Part shown: positions 8,903 to 18,518 of the stretch, piece by piece
Layout of the letters: each line of letters opens with the position of its first letter
How positions within the stretch are numbered: the stretch's first letter is position 1
DNA from: Candidatus Poseidoniaceae archaeon
Lineage (GTDB): Archaea > Thermoplasmatota > Poseidoniia > Poseidoniales > Poseidoniaceae
Length of the DNA: 30,199 nt
Assembly: GCA_965662895.1 (NCBI GenBank)
Contig: CBFIJH010000017.1
Coordinates: 1-30,199, forward strand
Direction: 5' to 3'
The notes under the pieces: generated by a model
Databases searched by the model: none
Seen by the model: the letters and a program-made list of their open reading frames with translations, nothing else
What the model was told of the DNA's origin: nothing
Position numbers and translations under genes: made by a program

Positions 8903-11071
8903 TCAGACAACCTCTGCATCGATCAATTGATCTTCCTGAAGCATCAACCTCAGGCAGGCTCCAAGTCCGCCCCAAACAGCACTAGCGATAAACACGAACA
9001 GGAACAATGAACTCGCAAGATTTCCATAAGCAGATCTGTACTCAATACCAAGCTCGTAATACGTTCCATCGGCTGGATACTGATAGAAATCGGAACCGCT
9101 CAGAGTCGAAATTTGCGCTTTGTAATGCAATTTCCCAGTCGTCGATTCCGAGACGGGAATCTCTGCTCGCAAAATCGTGCCATTCCCATTCGAGGTCGTA
9201 CAAGCCTCATCAACGCGCTGAATCTCGACGGATTCCCATGGCGTTGTTGCCCATTCACGTGGCCCATAGTCGGATTGAGCGCGGCTCGGCTTGACCATTC
9301 GCCACTTGACGAAACTGTTGGATTCGCTGTAAGGGAATTCGTTGGAGACACACACATCAATCGGAATATCTCCAGATTCTGGAACCTCGATATCCGTTGA
9401 TGGAACGAGATAGTTCTGTTGGGAAATGTTATCCATGGCGAGGTTCGCTCGCTCTCGAGGATTGTCTGCAATCTCTAAAGCATAGAATGGGACACCAACA
9501 TTTCGAACTGCAATGTGGTTCACATCTTCTGGTCGCTGATGGAAGGCGGTACCAATCTCCATCGTGTAACAGAATGCATCATGGACACCGTATTGCCAAT
9601 CGCAGTAATCACCTGTGGTTGGATACAAATCGCTGCTCTGCATGTTGGTGTAATCGGTCATCTCAGCCATCTGATCACCATGGTAAATGAGTTGCTGATG
9701 GTCGGGCGTTTCGCATCCTGTGCAATGTCCCCAAGGGTAGAGGACAAGTTCAGAAAAGGAGTGCCAAGACAGTGTCATCTTGAAGTCAGAGGCAAGGTTG
9801 CCATCGTCATCGTTCATCTCTGTCAAATCTTGAACAAAGAGTGTTTCTGGTTCGCTGTTTCCACCTGCCCAATCTTCGTCCAATTGACCATCGTTGTCAT
9901 CGTCCTCACCATCGACGTTGTCTTCGTTCACCAATCCATCGCCATCGTTATCGGTGGTATCGTACGGTCCAGTGTAAACATCGTTGTTTGTGATTCCAGC
10001 ACGCTCATCCTCAGCGGGTGTGCACGTTCCGGGGACGAGAGGGACTGTTGCACCCAGTGGCCAACCCCATTCAAACTGGAAGTTGCGGTTGAGATCGACA
10101 CCGTCGCAGTCCTCATCAACTTCCTCGTTAAAATCAGGTAATGGTTGTGGACCATTGTTTCGCAGATTCTTTCTCCAACCGCCTGTTGGGCATGTCTCCC
10201 AGGCGTTTTCTCCACAGAATTCTTCCCGGTCGTAGCGATTTCCGTCAACGTTGAGCATTGGGACAAGGTAGATTTCACGGGTGTTGACCAGATCGGTGAG
10301 TTGCTGTTCGGAGAAGTCTTCATCGACACCGAGGTCGCCAGGGCCGCACGGATTCCCATCACCATTGGAATCTTGGTATTCTGCAGCAAGTGACAGACAA
10401 TCACCATCGTCATCAAGGATGCCATCACCATTGGAATCGCCCCAAGGATCTTCATCGACCAATCCATCGCCATCGTTGTCGACGCCAACAGATCCGTAAT
10501 AGTGAGCAAGCATCTCAAGGAACATCATTGGAACTTCGTAGGACATCCATTCACGTGCATGGAAGTTCCCGACCATTTGAACATCGGGGATATCAGCGTA
10601 ATTTCCACAATCGCCAACGAAATCGTTGCAATCGCCTCCATAGACGCCTTCAAGCTCTTCACCGCCTCCTGTAATCTTCATCCAAGGCGAAGCATGACTG
10701 TAATGATGACCTTTGTAACTGTCTGCGGTCATCTCGACATTTCGTTTGTTCATGCCGCCATTGAGCCCCTCGTGGAAGGACATAATTTCAACATCTTGAC
10801 CTTGATAGGAATACGATTGTTCCGCCAACTGCATCATGCGTTGACGCATGCTGTCGTAATCGTGGTATTGCTTGAATTGCAAACGGTCGTCGCCGCCCCA
10901 TGGATGGACATGGTTTGCATAATCTGCACTCCAGATTCCCTCTGGTGTATTTCCGGATTCATTTTCTTCAAACGATGTTGACACTGTAGATGAGACAGAG
11001 GTCAACATCATTGGCAACATGAGCAAGAAAATCGCAACAAAGGCTGAACGTTGACGACGAGTGGACGACAT
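8903..11071 (-). CDS. Secreted, C-terminally anchored M14 zinc carboxypeptidase (carboxypeptidase T-like)
   Basis: HAREW (HxxE), WRKN, DLNRNF, WHSFSELVLYPW, DLYPTTGDYCDW and YTMEI catalytic Glu; signal peptide and C-terminal TM helix. Start chosen at MSSTRR. Confidence 0.9.
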   Translation of the reverse strand: MSSTRRQRSAFVAIFLLMLPMMLTSVSSTVSTSFEENESGNTPEGIWSADYANHVHPWGGDDRLQFKQYHDYDSMRQRMMQLAEQSYSYQGQDVEIMSFHEGLNGGMNKRNVEMTADSYKGHHYSHASPWMKITGGGEELEGVYGGDCNDFVGDCGNYADIPDVQMVGNFHAREWMSYEVPMMFLEMLAHYYGSVGVDNDGDGLVDEDPWGDSNGDGILDDDGDCLSLAAEYQDSNGDGNPCGPGDLGVDEDFSEQQLTDLVNTREIYLVPMLNVDGNRYDREEFCGENAWETCPTGGWRKNLRNNGPQPLPDFNEEVDEDCDGVDLNRNFQFEWGWPLGATVPLVPGTCTPAEDERAGITNNDVYTGPYDTTDNDGDGLVNEDNVDGEDDDNDGQLDEDWAGGNSEPETLFVQDLTEMNDDDGNLASDFKMTLSWHSFSELVLYPWGHCTGCETPDHQQLIYHGDQMAEMTDYTNMQSSDLYPTTGDYCDWQYGVHDAFCYTMEIGTAFHQRPEDVNHIAVRNVGVPFYALEIADNPRERANLAMDNISQQNYLVPSTDIEVPESGDIPIDVCVSNEFPYSESNSFVKWRMVKPSRAQSDYGPREWATTPWESVEIQRVDEACTTSNGNGTILRAEIPVSESTTGKLHYKAQISTLSGSDFYQYPADGTYYELGIEYRSAYGNLASSLFLFVFIASAVWGGLGACLRLMLQEDQLIDAEVV

Positions 11072-11170
11072 GCTATCGTTCACTCCACATACTTCCCACA
11101 CTTGAAACCCTCGCGGAAGCGTTTTTGTCGGAAAGGAAAAAACCTTGAAGAAAAGGTTTCAGGAACCAAC

Positions 11171-12265
11171 ATGGGCCTGTATGATAATTTGACATATGAC
11201 AGCGATGAACTCTTCGGGTTTTCACAATCCACCTTGCTCATTTTTGCAGCGATTTTTATCATTTCTTTTATCCTTCGAGCAATCGTTAGCAACGTATCGC
11301 ACAGCTTTTTTGGCGTCATTGTACGGAACGATACGATTCGACAAAAAACGGTCAAAAAGGGCGACAAGGCGCTTGGAAGTGTTGCTGGCTATGCCTTTGC
11401 TTTTGTGACGTTGGACCTGCTGGTTGACGAACAGGTTGAGAACGCGAACATCCACATGCCATCTTGGGCTGAATACATCCCGTCCGTCTTGCAGTTTGTT
11501 CTCGTCATCTCAATCGTCGTTTGGGCTTTCCGACTGGTCAATCTCGTGTACGACCTTGTCAAGTTCCTCGACAAAGACGATGATCTTGATGGAACCGAGA
11601 AAACCCTCATCTCCGCACTTGAAAGCGTTCTTCGTTTCATCATTATTTTCGTAGGTGCAATCTTTGTCGCCGACGCTCTTGGATTTGAATTGACATCGTT
11701 GTTAGCAGGATTAGGAATCACAGGGTTGGCGTTTGCACTTGCTGCAAAAGACAGTATCTCGAACTTCTTTGGGGCCATTACAGTCCTTTTGGACCGACCT
11801 TTCAAAGTCGGAGACTGGGTCATTATCGGGACCTCAGAAGGCGAGGTCATCGAAATCAATCTCCGCACCACTTTGGTCCGTACATCGGTCGATACAATCA
11901 TCACGATTCCAAACGCAAACCTCGTCAGCACTCCGGTTGAAAATTGGGGCAAGCGTCGATGGCGTCGATGGCAGTCGATGGTTCACCTCGACATCAATTC
12001 GGATCCCGAGAAGGTCGAATCGTTCTGCAATCGTTCATTGGAATTGATTCAGAATCATGATTCTACAACGATGGAGGATGCATCCTGGTGCAGCATAAAC
12101 ACCATCTCAGCCCAGTCAATTGATATCGAACTCAACCTCTACTGGAACGTCAGTTCATCAATTGCGGAACGGAAAGCTCGTGAATCCCTGATTCTTGATT
12201 TGATGGACCTTGCAAACGAATTGCAACTCTCGTTTTACGACGGTCGTATTCGTCAACAGCGATAA
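11171..12265 (+). CDS. mscS: Small-conductance mechanosensitive channel (MscS family)
   Basis: LLAGLGITGLAFALAAKDSISNFFG pore helix, DRPFKVGDWV, GEVIEINLRTT and IPNA..VENW. Confidence 0.92.
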   Translation: MGLYDNLTYDSDELFGFSQSTLLIFAAIFIISFILRAIVSNVSHSFFGVIVRNDTIRQKTVKKGDKALGSVAGYAFAFVTLDLLVDEQVENANIHMPSWAEYIPSVLQFVLVISIVVWAFRLVNLVYDLVKFLDKDDDLDGTEKTLISALESVLRFIIIFVGAIFVADALGFELTSLLAGLGITGLAFALAAKDSISNFFGAITVLLDRPFKVGDWVIIGTSEGEVIEINLRTTLVRTSVDTIITIPNANLVSTPVENWGKRRWRRWQSMVHLDINSDPEKVESFCNRSLELIQNHDSTTMEDASWCSINTISAQSIDIELNLYWNVSSSIAERKARESLILDLMDLANELQLSFYDGRIRQQR

Positions 12266-13432
12266 TCAAAATGCTGGAGGATCTTTTCTCCAATAGAGGA
12301 GATTTGAGGTAAGTGAAGCAACAGCGCCAAGCGCTGCAAGTCCAATCGATTCAACTGCCGATGCTGAGCCGAGTTGCCACGCATAATACGCAACGACCAT
12401 GGTCGTGATTCCGACCCAGACACCGCTTTTCCAGATGCGAAGAACACCGAGATGCGCCTGAAGTCGTGAAACATCCTTCAACCATTTTTGAGCGGATTCA
12501 TATCTCGGTTGATTCTCATACAGTACCGATTCTGCATGAACGACAAGAACGTCATAGTAGCGCCAAATCCAGGCCCCTCCAAGCACAGTTGAGAGTGCTT
12601 TACGACTTGACCAAGCATTGGGTACTTCGCGTTTCCAATGGTTGAAGAGAACCTGAATCTGTTCCTTTGTGTACTCTTTCTCTTCGACCACTCGTCCTTC
12701 AAGTTGAATAAATTCTGCAATTCCTGGAAGACGTTCTGTTCCACAAAGCAACATTTCACTTACTGTCTGATTCAGTGGCAAAGCGTACTGTTGCTCTTCT
12801 GCAGTCACAATCCAATTCGGATGAATGCGTACGGCTGGAATGCCTACTGTTGACGATGCGTGTGGAGCGCGCCACAGTGTGTTCGGCTTGAGTTCATCCT
12901 CCAAATCTTTCAGACGCTGATTCCAGCGTTTCTGATCGTTCGGACTTGATAGTGGAGCCAATTTGCCTTGAATTTCTCCAAGGGTCTGGCCCAACCATTC
13001 GGGTGTTGCTTCAATGAATTCTGCATTTGGAAAAACCACCAACGCATCGTTTCCATCATGAAGCAGGCCTCCAAGTGGCATCAAAAGTTTGGATGACTCA
13101 AGCGCGGATTTGAGACTGGATACACGCTGCAGCGATGAGGTACGATTGCTCGTGGGAATTGAATAAGCAATCGCAATGTAAGCCTCATCAAGACGAAAAA
13201 CTGTTGCATTGCCTTCCTTTCGAAGTGTTTCAATGATTGAAGGATTGATGGAGGGAAATTCACCCCAAGCCCCATCATGCGATTGGTTCCACCACTCTCG
13301 AGAACGACATTGATCAACGTCCCAACAAGAAACAACGCCCCATTTTGTTTTCACTTGCCCCGATTCAAGAGCCTCGTCGATGGAAGAGAGGGCAACACCT
13401 TGAGGCCACCATGACTCGCCCTCCATGAACAT
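12266..13432 (-). CDS. Hypothetical protein with two C-terminal TM helices (possible degenerate kinase-like fold)
   Basis: 388-aa ORF filling the gap between mscS and uppS, with a hydrophobic hairpin at the C-terminus. Confidence 0.75.
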   Translation of the reverse strand: MFMEGESWWPQGVALSSIDEALESGQVKTKWGVVSCWDVDQCRSREWWNQSHDGAWGEFPSINPSIIETLRKEGNATVFRLDEAYIAIAYSIPTSNRTSSLQRVSSLKSALESSKLLMPLGGLLHDGNDALVVFPNAEFIEATPEWLGQTLGEIQGKLAPLSSPNDQKRWNQRLKDLEDELKPNTLWRAPHASSTVGIPAVRIHPNWIVTAEEQQYALPLNQTVSEMLLCGTERLPGIAEFIQLEGRVVEEKEYTKEQIQVLFNHWKREVPNAWSSRKALSTVLGGAWIWRYYDVLVVHAESVLYENQPRYESAQKWLKDVSRLQAHLGVLRIWKSGVWVGITTMVVAYYAWQLGSASAVESIGLAALGAVASLTSNLLYWRKDPPAF

Positions 13433-13519
13433 CCGATAGTGGCTCTCCCATTCAATGTGTCTTTGTTCTCAAAGGGATGGAATGAAACAAGAGAACCGTT
13501 TGGAAGTGACGGGACGGCC

Positions 13520-14299
13520 ATGGGGATCAGCGAAAAAATGGGTGACGTTCTCGGCCAAGCGGTTGAGGCAAAACTCCTTCGCGAAGTTCTTGACCATGAA
13601 ATTCAGCCAAAGCACCTCGCCATCATCATGGATGGCAACCGTCGTTTTGCATGGCGGTCGAACCTTGCAACGCATGTTGGTCACCGAATTGGCAAACAAC
13701 GACTGGAAGCCGTTCTCGATTGGGTGCTTGAACTTGGCATCCCTTGGTTCACCGTTTATGCGCTTTCTACGGAAAACCTGAATCGTCCGGAAGAAGAACT
13801 CCAAACGCTCTTCAAACTCTACATCGATGGTCTCAAATCGATTGCTGAAGACCCCCGTATTCATGAAAACAATGTTCGTGTTCAAATCATTGGACGGCGA
13901 GAACTTCTTCCAAAACACGTGAACGATGCAATCGATTATGCTGAATCAAAAACTGCAGACTACAACGATTTTGTGTTCACTGTGTGTCTTGCTTACGGTG
14001 CGAGAGAAGAGCTCATCCACGCAATTCAGAACATCGCCAAACTCCACAAATCCGAAGAACTGACCCTTGAGGAGATTACCGAACAAACGGTCTCAGAGCA
14101 TCTATACACGGCAGATATGCCTGATCCTGACCTCGTTATTCGGACAAGCGGTGAGGAGCGAATTAGCAACTTCTTGTTGTGGCAAATGGCGTATTCAGAA
14201 TTGTACTTTACCGACGTTTTCTGGCCCTCATTCAAAAAGAAAGACCTTCTCAAAGCGGTTCAGACCTATCAGATGCGGAAGCGAAGGTTTGGTGAATAA
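13520..14299 (+). CDS. uppS: Cis-prenyltransferase (polyprenyl diphosphate synthase)
   Basis: HLAIIMDGNRRFA, YALSTENLNRP and DPDLVIRTSGEERISNFLLWQMAYSE, ending RRFG. Start 13520 or 13538. Confidence 0.95.
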   Translation: MGISEKMGDVLGQAVEAKLLREVLDHEIQPKHLAIIMDGNRRFAWRSNLATHVGHRIGKQRLEAVLDWVLELGIPWFTVYALSTENLNRPEEELQTLFKLYIDGLKSIAEDPRIHENNVRVQIIGRRELLPKHVNDAIDYAESKTADYNDFVFTVCLAYGAREELIHAIQNIAKLHKSEELTLEEITEQTVSEHLYTADMPDPDLVIRTSGEERISNFLLWQMAYSELYFTDVFWPSFKKKDLLKAVQTYQMRKRRFGE

Positions 14300-14740
14300 A
14301 TGGCGCTTTGCGATGAATGTCAAGGTTATCTCAATCCAGCTCTTGCCGTCGATGCTTGTGTTCGTCAAGGCGATTCCATTCTGTTGGTGCAACGGAAATT
14401 CCCCCCCTCAGCAGGCTCGTGGGTTCTTCCTGGAGGATTTGTCGATCAGGGAGAGCGACCAGAGGAAGCCGTCCTTCGAGAATTGAAGGAAGAGGCAGGA
14501 CTTGATGGAACGAACCCGAGTCTTCTGATGGTCATGGGCGACCCAGAACGAGATCCAAGAAAACACGTTGTTAGCATCGTCTACGAAGTGGAGGCGAAAG
14601 GCATTCCCGTTGGCGGCGATGATGCACAAGATGCTCGCTTTTGGCCGATTTCAGACATCCTCGAAGGAGAACTGGTTCTTGCAGGCGATCACGGAGAAAT
14701 TGTCGAACGTTGGCTTAATCAATCAATTCAGAGCCAATAA
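14300..14740 (+). CDS. NUDIX hydrolase (ADP-ribose pyrophosphatase-like, RDPR subfamily)
   Basis: Nudix box GGFVDQGERPEEAVLRELKEEAGL, RDPRKH, GDDA and N-terminal CxxC. Confidence 0.9.
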   Translation: MALCDECQGYLNPALAVDACVRQGDSILLVQRKFPPSAGSWVLPGGFVDQGERPEEAVLRELKEEAGLDGTNPSLLMVMGDPERDPRKHVVSIVYEVEAKGIPVGGDDAQDARFWPISDILEGELVLAGDHGEIVERWLNQSIQSQ

Positions 14741-15701
14741 GTGCGGCAAATTGTTGACGAACGTTCGACCATTCAGGTATTTCAAGCGCATCTGTGAGGT
14801 GCAATCCGGCAAGAAATTGAGCGTGTATTTCTTCCACATTGTCTCCTTGTCGTAAACGAAACAATGGATATCCTTCGGACTCAAGCCGGTCGAGAAAACC
14901 ACGATCGGCATTGCTGACAAGAAGCGTGGGTACGCCCATCAAGGCCGCTTCGCTTGCAACGGTAACGGATTGCGAAATAACACCATCTTGCATCGAAATC
15001 ATCGAAGCAAAATTCCACGCGTCTCCATCATACATCCCTTCATCAGCTTGAGTCAAATCAATGCCATCAAGGAGCGATTCGGGTAAGGCGAGGATTTCAT
15101 CAGCATCATGAATCCCATCCCCAACCAAGCGACGAACAGCAATCTTTGGAACCGATGCAACTTCCTTTGGACGCAATTGCGGACGTAGGTGGACCATACC
15201 ATGCAGACCATCGAGACGATGAATTTCAGCCCCCTTTTTCTTGAATTTTTCAAGCCAACCGCCATCGATTGACTGCTTCCAATGTGTTGGAACGAGAACA
15301 TCTGTTGCGCATCCGGCTGCAAGCCGGTGAGCTACATGGTTGATCTCGGTATCTGTGATGTACCACCGATTTGGAATGTTCAATCGTTTTGCAACCCTCA
15401 ATTCAAGAGAAGCGCCAACGCAGATTATTCGCTCGATTTTCCCTCCGGCAATCTGGGCTTTTTTCAAGAAGGAGCGGACGCTTCGCATCCGTTTCCATGC
15501 ACGACGTAAACGCTTTTCGCCAACGGGTCGCTCGACCCATAACTGTTGACGTCTTGGCAGAACACCTTCGGATGAATCCAGTAATTGTCGAACCTCTTTT
15601 CGCTCTGTTGCAACAACAACATCGGATGACAAACCGCTGCGTATGAATGGAGCCAGCAATCGCACATGAGCAGGATGGTCCAAGACCCAACAGGTGCGCA
15701 T
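14715..15701 (-). CDS. DUF354-like GT-B fold putative glycosyltransferase
   Basis: N-terminal DHPAHV, DTE motif and SVTVASEAALMGVPT GT-B C-terminal motif. Confidence 0.75.
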   Translation of the reverse strand: MRTCWVLDHPAHVRLLAPFIRSGLSSDVVVATERKEVRQLLDSSEGVLPRRQQLWVERPVGEKRLRRAWKRMRSVRSFLKKAQIAGGKIERIICVGASLELRVAKRLNIPNRWYITDTEINHVAHRLAAGCATDVLVPTHWKQSIDGGWLEKFKKKGAEIHRLDGLHGMVHLRPQLRPKEVASVPKIAVRRLVGDGIHDADEILALPESLLDGIDLTQADEGMYDGDAWNFASMISMQDGVISQSVTVASEAALMGVPTLLVSNADRGFLDRLESEGYPLFRLRQGDNVEEIHAQFLAGLHLTDALEIPEWSNVRQQFAALIGSELID

Positions 15702-15757
15702 ACATCGCCCAGTGGCTCTTGGTTAATGTTCATGAGCATCCAAGGATTAGCACCTCC

Positions 15758-16123
15758 ATGAAAGAATCAATTTCGCTCGATGGAATCGTAACATATGCAC
15801 CCTACACGCCGGGTATACGCCACGGACAACATTTCTGGCTCTCTGGTCAAATCGCCATTGATGGACGCGACGACATCAAATCGCAGACGGAAGGTGCTTT
15901 GGCAAAAATAGACGCACTACTGAAAGCAGGCGGTCTTTCAAAAAATGACATCTGTTTTGCACAAGTCCTTCTTGATACCATCGAAGACTATGGAGCAATG
16001 AACGAAGTCTACGGCGCATGGGTTGCGGACATGGATATTCCACCAGCACGAGCAGCGTTTGAAGCAGGCGCATTACCAAAGGGTGCGCTCGTTGAAATCG
16101 TCGTCCAAGGAATCAAATCTTGA
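15758..16123 (+). CDS. RidA/YjgF/UK114 family enamine-imine deaminase
   Basis: APYT, LSGQI, MNEVY, PARAAFE (catalytic Arg) and LPKGALVEI. Confidence 0.92.
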   Translation: MKESISLDGIVTYAPYTPGIRHGQHFWLSGQIAIDGRDDIKSQTEGALAKIDALLKAGGLSKNDICFAQVLLDTIEDYGAMNEVYGAWVADMDIPPARAAFEAGALPKGALVEIVVQGIKS

Positions 16124-16133
16124 GGATCGCAAC

Positions 16134-16316
16134 ATGCCCGGTTCACCGTATCTCGACGAGCCACCCAAAGGCCTCCTTACTTGGCCAGTCTTGTTGAGAA
16201 CGATGATTCCAACCGTTTCGATACTTGCAATCGCTTCTTGGTGGATGGGTTATTTGGTTGAATTTCTCGTACTTCTAACCATCACAGGTCTTATCCTATT
16301 TGTTGTGCGTCAATAG
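16134..16316 (+). CDS. Small membrane protein (60 aa, two hydrophobic segments)
   Basis: GAGGA SD upstream of the ATG; fills the gap between the RidA and PMM genes; MPGSPYLDEPPKGLLTW then a hydrophobic hairpin. Confidence 0.7.
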   Translation: MPGSPYLDEPPKGLLTWPVLLRTMIPTVSILAIASWWMGYLVEFLVLLTITGLILFVVRQ

Positions 16317-16350
16317 GCATCCTTGATAATGAAGATGCTGAACAGAACGC

Positions 16351-17745
16351 ATGACGCAATGGCCAGTATCGTGCTTCAAAGCCTACGATATTCGCGGATT
16401 ATCTGGTGACGAACTCAGCGATGAATTCGCCTACAGGCTCGGTCGTGCACTCGCCACATATCTCGAATGCGATGCCTACGCTGTTGGACGAGACATTCGA
16501 GAATCAAGTCCAGGTTATGCATCAAATCTGATTCAAGGACTTGTCGATTCAGGCGTTCGAGTTCTTGATCTTGGTATTGTTTCAACAGGTTGCGTCTATC
16601 ATGCATGTTGGACGCTTCCCGTCGATGGAGGTGTCATGGTCACAGCATCTCACCTCCCCATGCCAACACACAATGGATTCAAGATGTGTCGCGGAACATT
16701 ACCGCTCGCAGGTGAAGAAATTCAAGAATTGAAAGACGTCTTTCTCGAAGGAAACTTCCGTGAAGGTCAAGGCGAACACATTGACCATCCACATGAGGAT
16801 GCATATCTCCAAGCCATCGTTGAATCGACAGGAACATTGGCACGTCCCGTCAAGGTCGCTGTCGACTGTGGGAACGCAGTTCCGGGTCCTGCGATGACCA
16901 AACTTCTCGATATGATCGGAGCAGAACACATCGATTTGTATTGCAATTGGGACAACACTGAACCCAATCACGGTGCAGATCCAACTCGCGAATACAACAT
17001 GGTCGACCTCGCAAAAGCAGTTGTTGACAATGGATGTGAACTCGGTCTTGGTGCTGACGGAGACGGTGATCGAATTGGAGCCGTTGATGAGAATGGAGAC
17101 TTCGTTTATCCTGACCGACTCATCGCCTTGCTCGCAGACGATGTCGTTGGAAGCGAGGAAGGAAAGGACCTCCTGATTTATGATGTCAAATGTTCAATGA
17201 ACGTTGAAAAAGCCATCCTATCAGCAGGTGGACGACCACTGATGGCAAAAACTGGACATTCGTTCATGAAGCGCGTCTTAGCTGAGCATCCAGATTCATT
17301 GATGGCTGCTGAAATGAGTGGACACATCTTCATGAACGATCGTGGATGGTTCGGATTCGATTGTTCCCTTTACAATGCAGCACGAATTCTCGAATTGTGG
17401 TCTCGAAGAGATTCCAAATTCAGTGAAGAATTGAATCGTCTCGCACCCAACCTTCCAACAACAGGAGAAGTCAAAGTTCCATGTGCAGAAGAAGACAAAC
17501 TGGAAACAGTGGAAGCCATCAAGAACGCATTCTCAGATTATGAAGCATCAACCATTGATGGTGTTCGAGTCCGATTCACAGAAAATGGAGAACAAACGGG
17601 CTGGTATCTTGCACGCAAATCGAACACAGAACCCATTCTTGTCATGCGTGTTGAAGCAAATAACCAAGAAAATCTCAACAAGATGCTAGAACTCATCGAT
17701 AAGCGTATCAGCCCAATCATCAACATTGAGAAACTACTCAACTAG
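16351..17745 (+). CDS. Phosphomannomutase/phosphoglucomutase (AlgC/ManB-like)
   Basis: FKAYDIRG, TASH phosphoserine loop, DGDGDR metal loop, AEMSGHIF and DGVRV..W.LARKSNTEP. Confidence 0.94.
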   Translation: MTQWPVSCFKAYDIRGLSGDELSDEFAYRLGRALATYLECDAYAVGRDIRESSPGYASNLIQGLVDSGVRVLDLGIVSTGCVYHACWTLPVDGGVMVTASHLPMPTHNGFKMCRGTLPLAGEEIQELKDVFLEGNFREGQGEHIDHPHEDAYLQAIVESTGTLARPVKVAVDCGNAVPGPAMTKLLDMIGAEHIDLYCNWDNTEPNHGADPTREYNMVDLAKAVVDNGCELGLGADGDGDRIGAVDENGDFVYPDRLIALLADDVVGSEEGKDLLIYDVKCSMNVEKAILSAGGRPLMAKTGHSFMKRVLAEHPDSLMAAEMSGHIFMNDRGWFGFDCSLYNAARILELWSRRDSKFSEELNRLAPNLPTTGEVKVPCAEEDKLETVEAIKNAFSDYEASTIDGVRVRFTENGEQTGWYLARKSNTEPILVMRVEANNQENLNKMLELIDKRISPIINIEKLLN

Positions 17746-17751
17746 TCCAAT

Positions 17752-18462
17752 TCATACATCAATGTCGTCAACATCAACGTACGGTGTAATCTCATAATCA
17801 AGAACGATGAGTTGAACTGTGTAGGTGACTGTTTCTCCGGAGTCTGAGTTCTCACAACCAAGCCTATTTCCAGTGTTTGCACTAACTGAAATTTCAATGT
17901 TATAATCTCCCATTCCAGCGCCCTTTGAATCAAGTTCATCAATAATCTGTGATTCTGATAGACCCTCTATTTTGTCTCCAATGACAGACGAATTATACCA
18001 CTCAGTAGAAACTTCATGTGAACCACTGCCACCCTGATTTTGTCCCTCTGCACTGTTTGAGTAGTTCAGGTGTGAAGCCATTCCTGAAATCGTGTCAGGT
18101 GCAGGTTGTGGCGATGCACCAAGACAGCCAGGGTCATTTCCATCTTCCTCATCCTCACCATACGACATGGAAACAAGAACACCAACGATATTCTTACCTT
18201 GATCTTCTGAACTTAGCGCGTCAGTGTTCAAGTCAAGAACGAATGGAGTACCATCAGCAATGGTTTCTTCGCCGGAGTCAAAATCAATGTACGAAAACTC
18301 TCCAGTTACGGAATACGTACCCACCCCACCCATTCCGGCTGGGTCATCGGTAGCAGCTGCTTTGATGAAGAAATACGATGGGAATGCGATCATGAAGAGT
18401 GCAACACATATCACTTGAATTTGCAAGGTTTGGTCTTCCTTTACATCATCAATGAAGCCCAT
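17752..18462 (-). CDS. Hypothetical membrane-anchored acidic protein
   Basis: GGAGGAG SD; single N-terminal TM followed by a beta-rich acidic domain with two Cys. Confidence 0.78.
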   Translation of the reverse strand: MGFIDDVKEDQTLQIQVICVALFMIAFPSYFFIKAAATDDPAGMGGVGTYSVTGEFSYIDFDSGEETIADGTPFVLDLNTDALSSEDQGKNIVGVLVSMSYGEDEEDGNDPGCLGASPQPAPDTISGMASHLNYSNSAEGQNQGGSGSHEVSTEWYNSSVIGDKIEGLSESQIIDELDSKGAGMGDYNIEISVSANTGNRLGCENSDSGETVTYTVQLIVLDYEITPYVDVDDIDV

Positions 18463-18518
18463 ACGTCTCTCCTCCTGTATCTGCCGAAGAGGTGGAGACC
18501 TCTATGTATTTCGGTAGA

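Noticed and set aside
14715-14740. 26-nt convergent overlap of the NUDIX and DUF354-like genes
   Set aside because: Ordinary for a compact genome; other convergent pairs here also nearly abut.
16640-16660. TASHLP instead of TASHNP in the phosphohexomutase
   Set aside because: The catalytic Ser and metal loop are intact; this is a minor variant with no clear functional implication.
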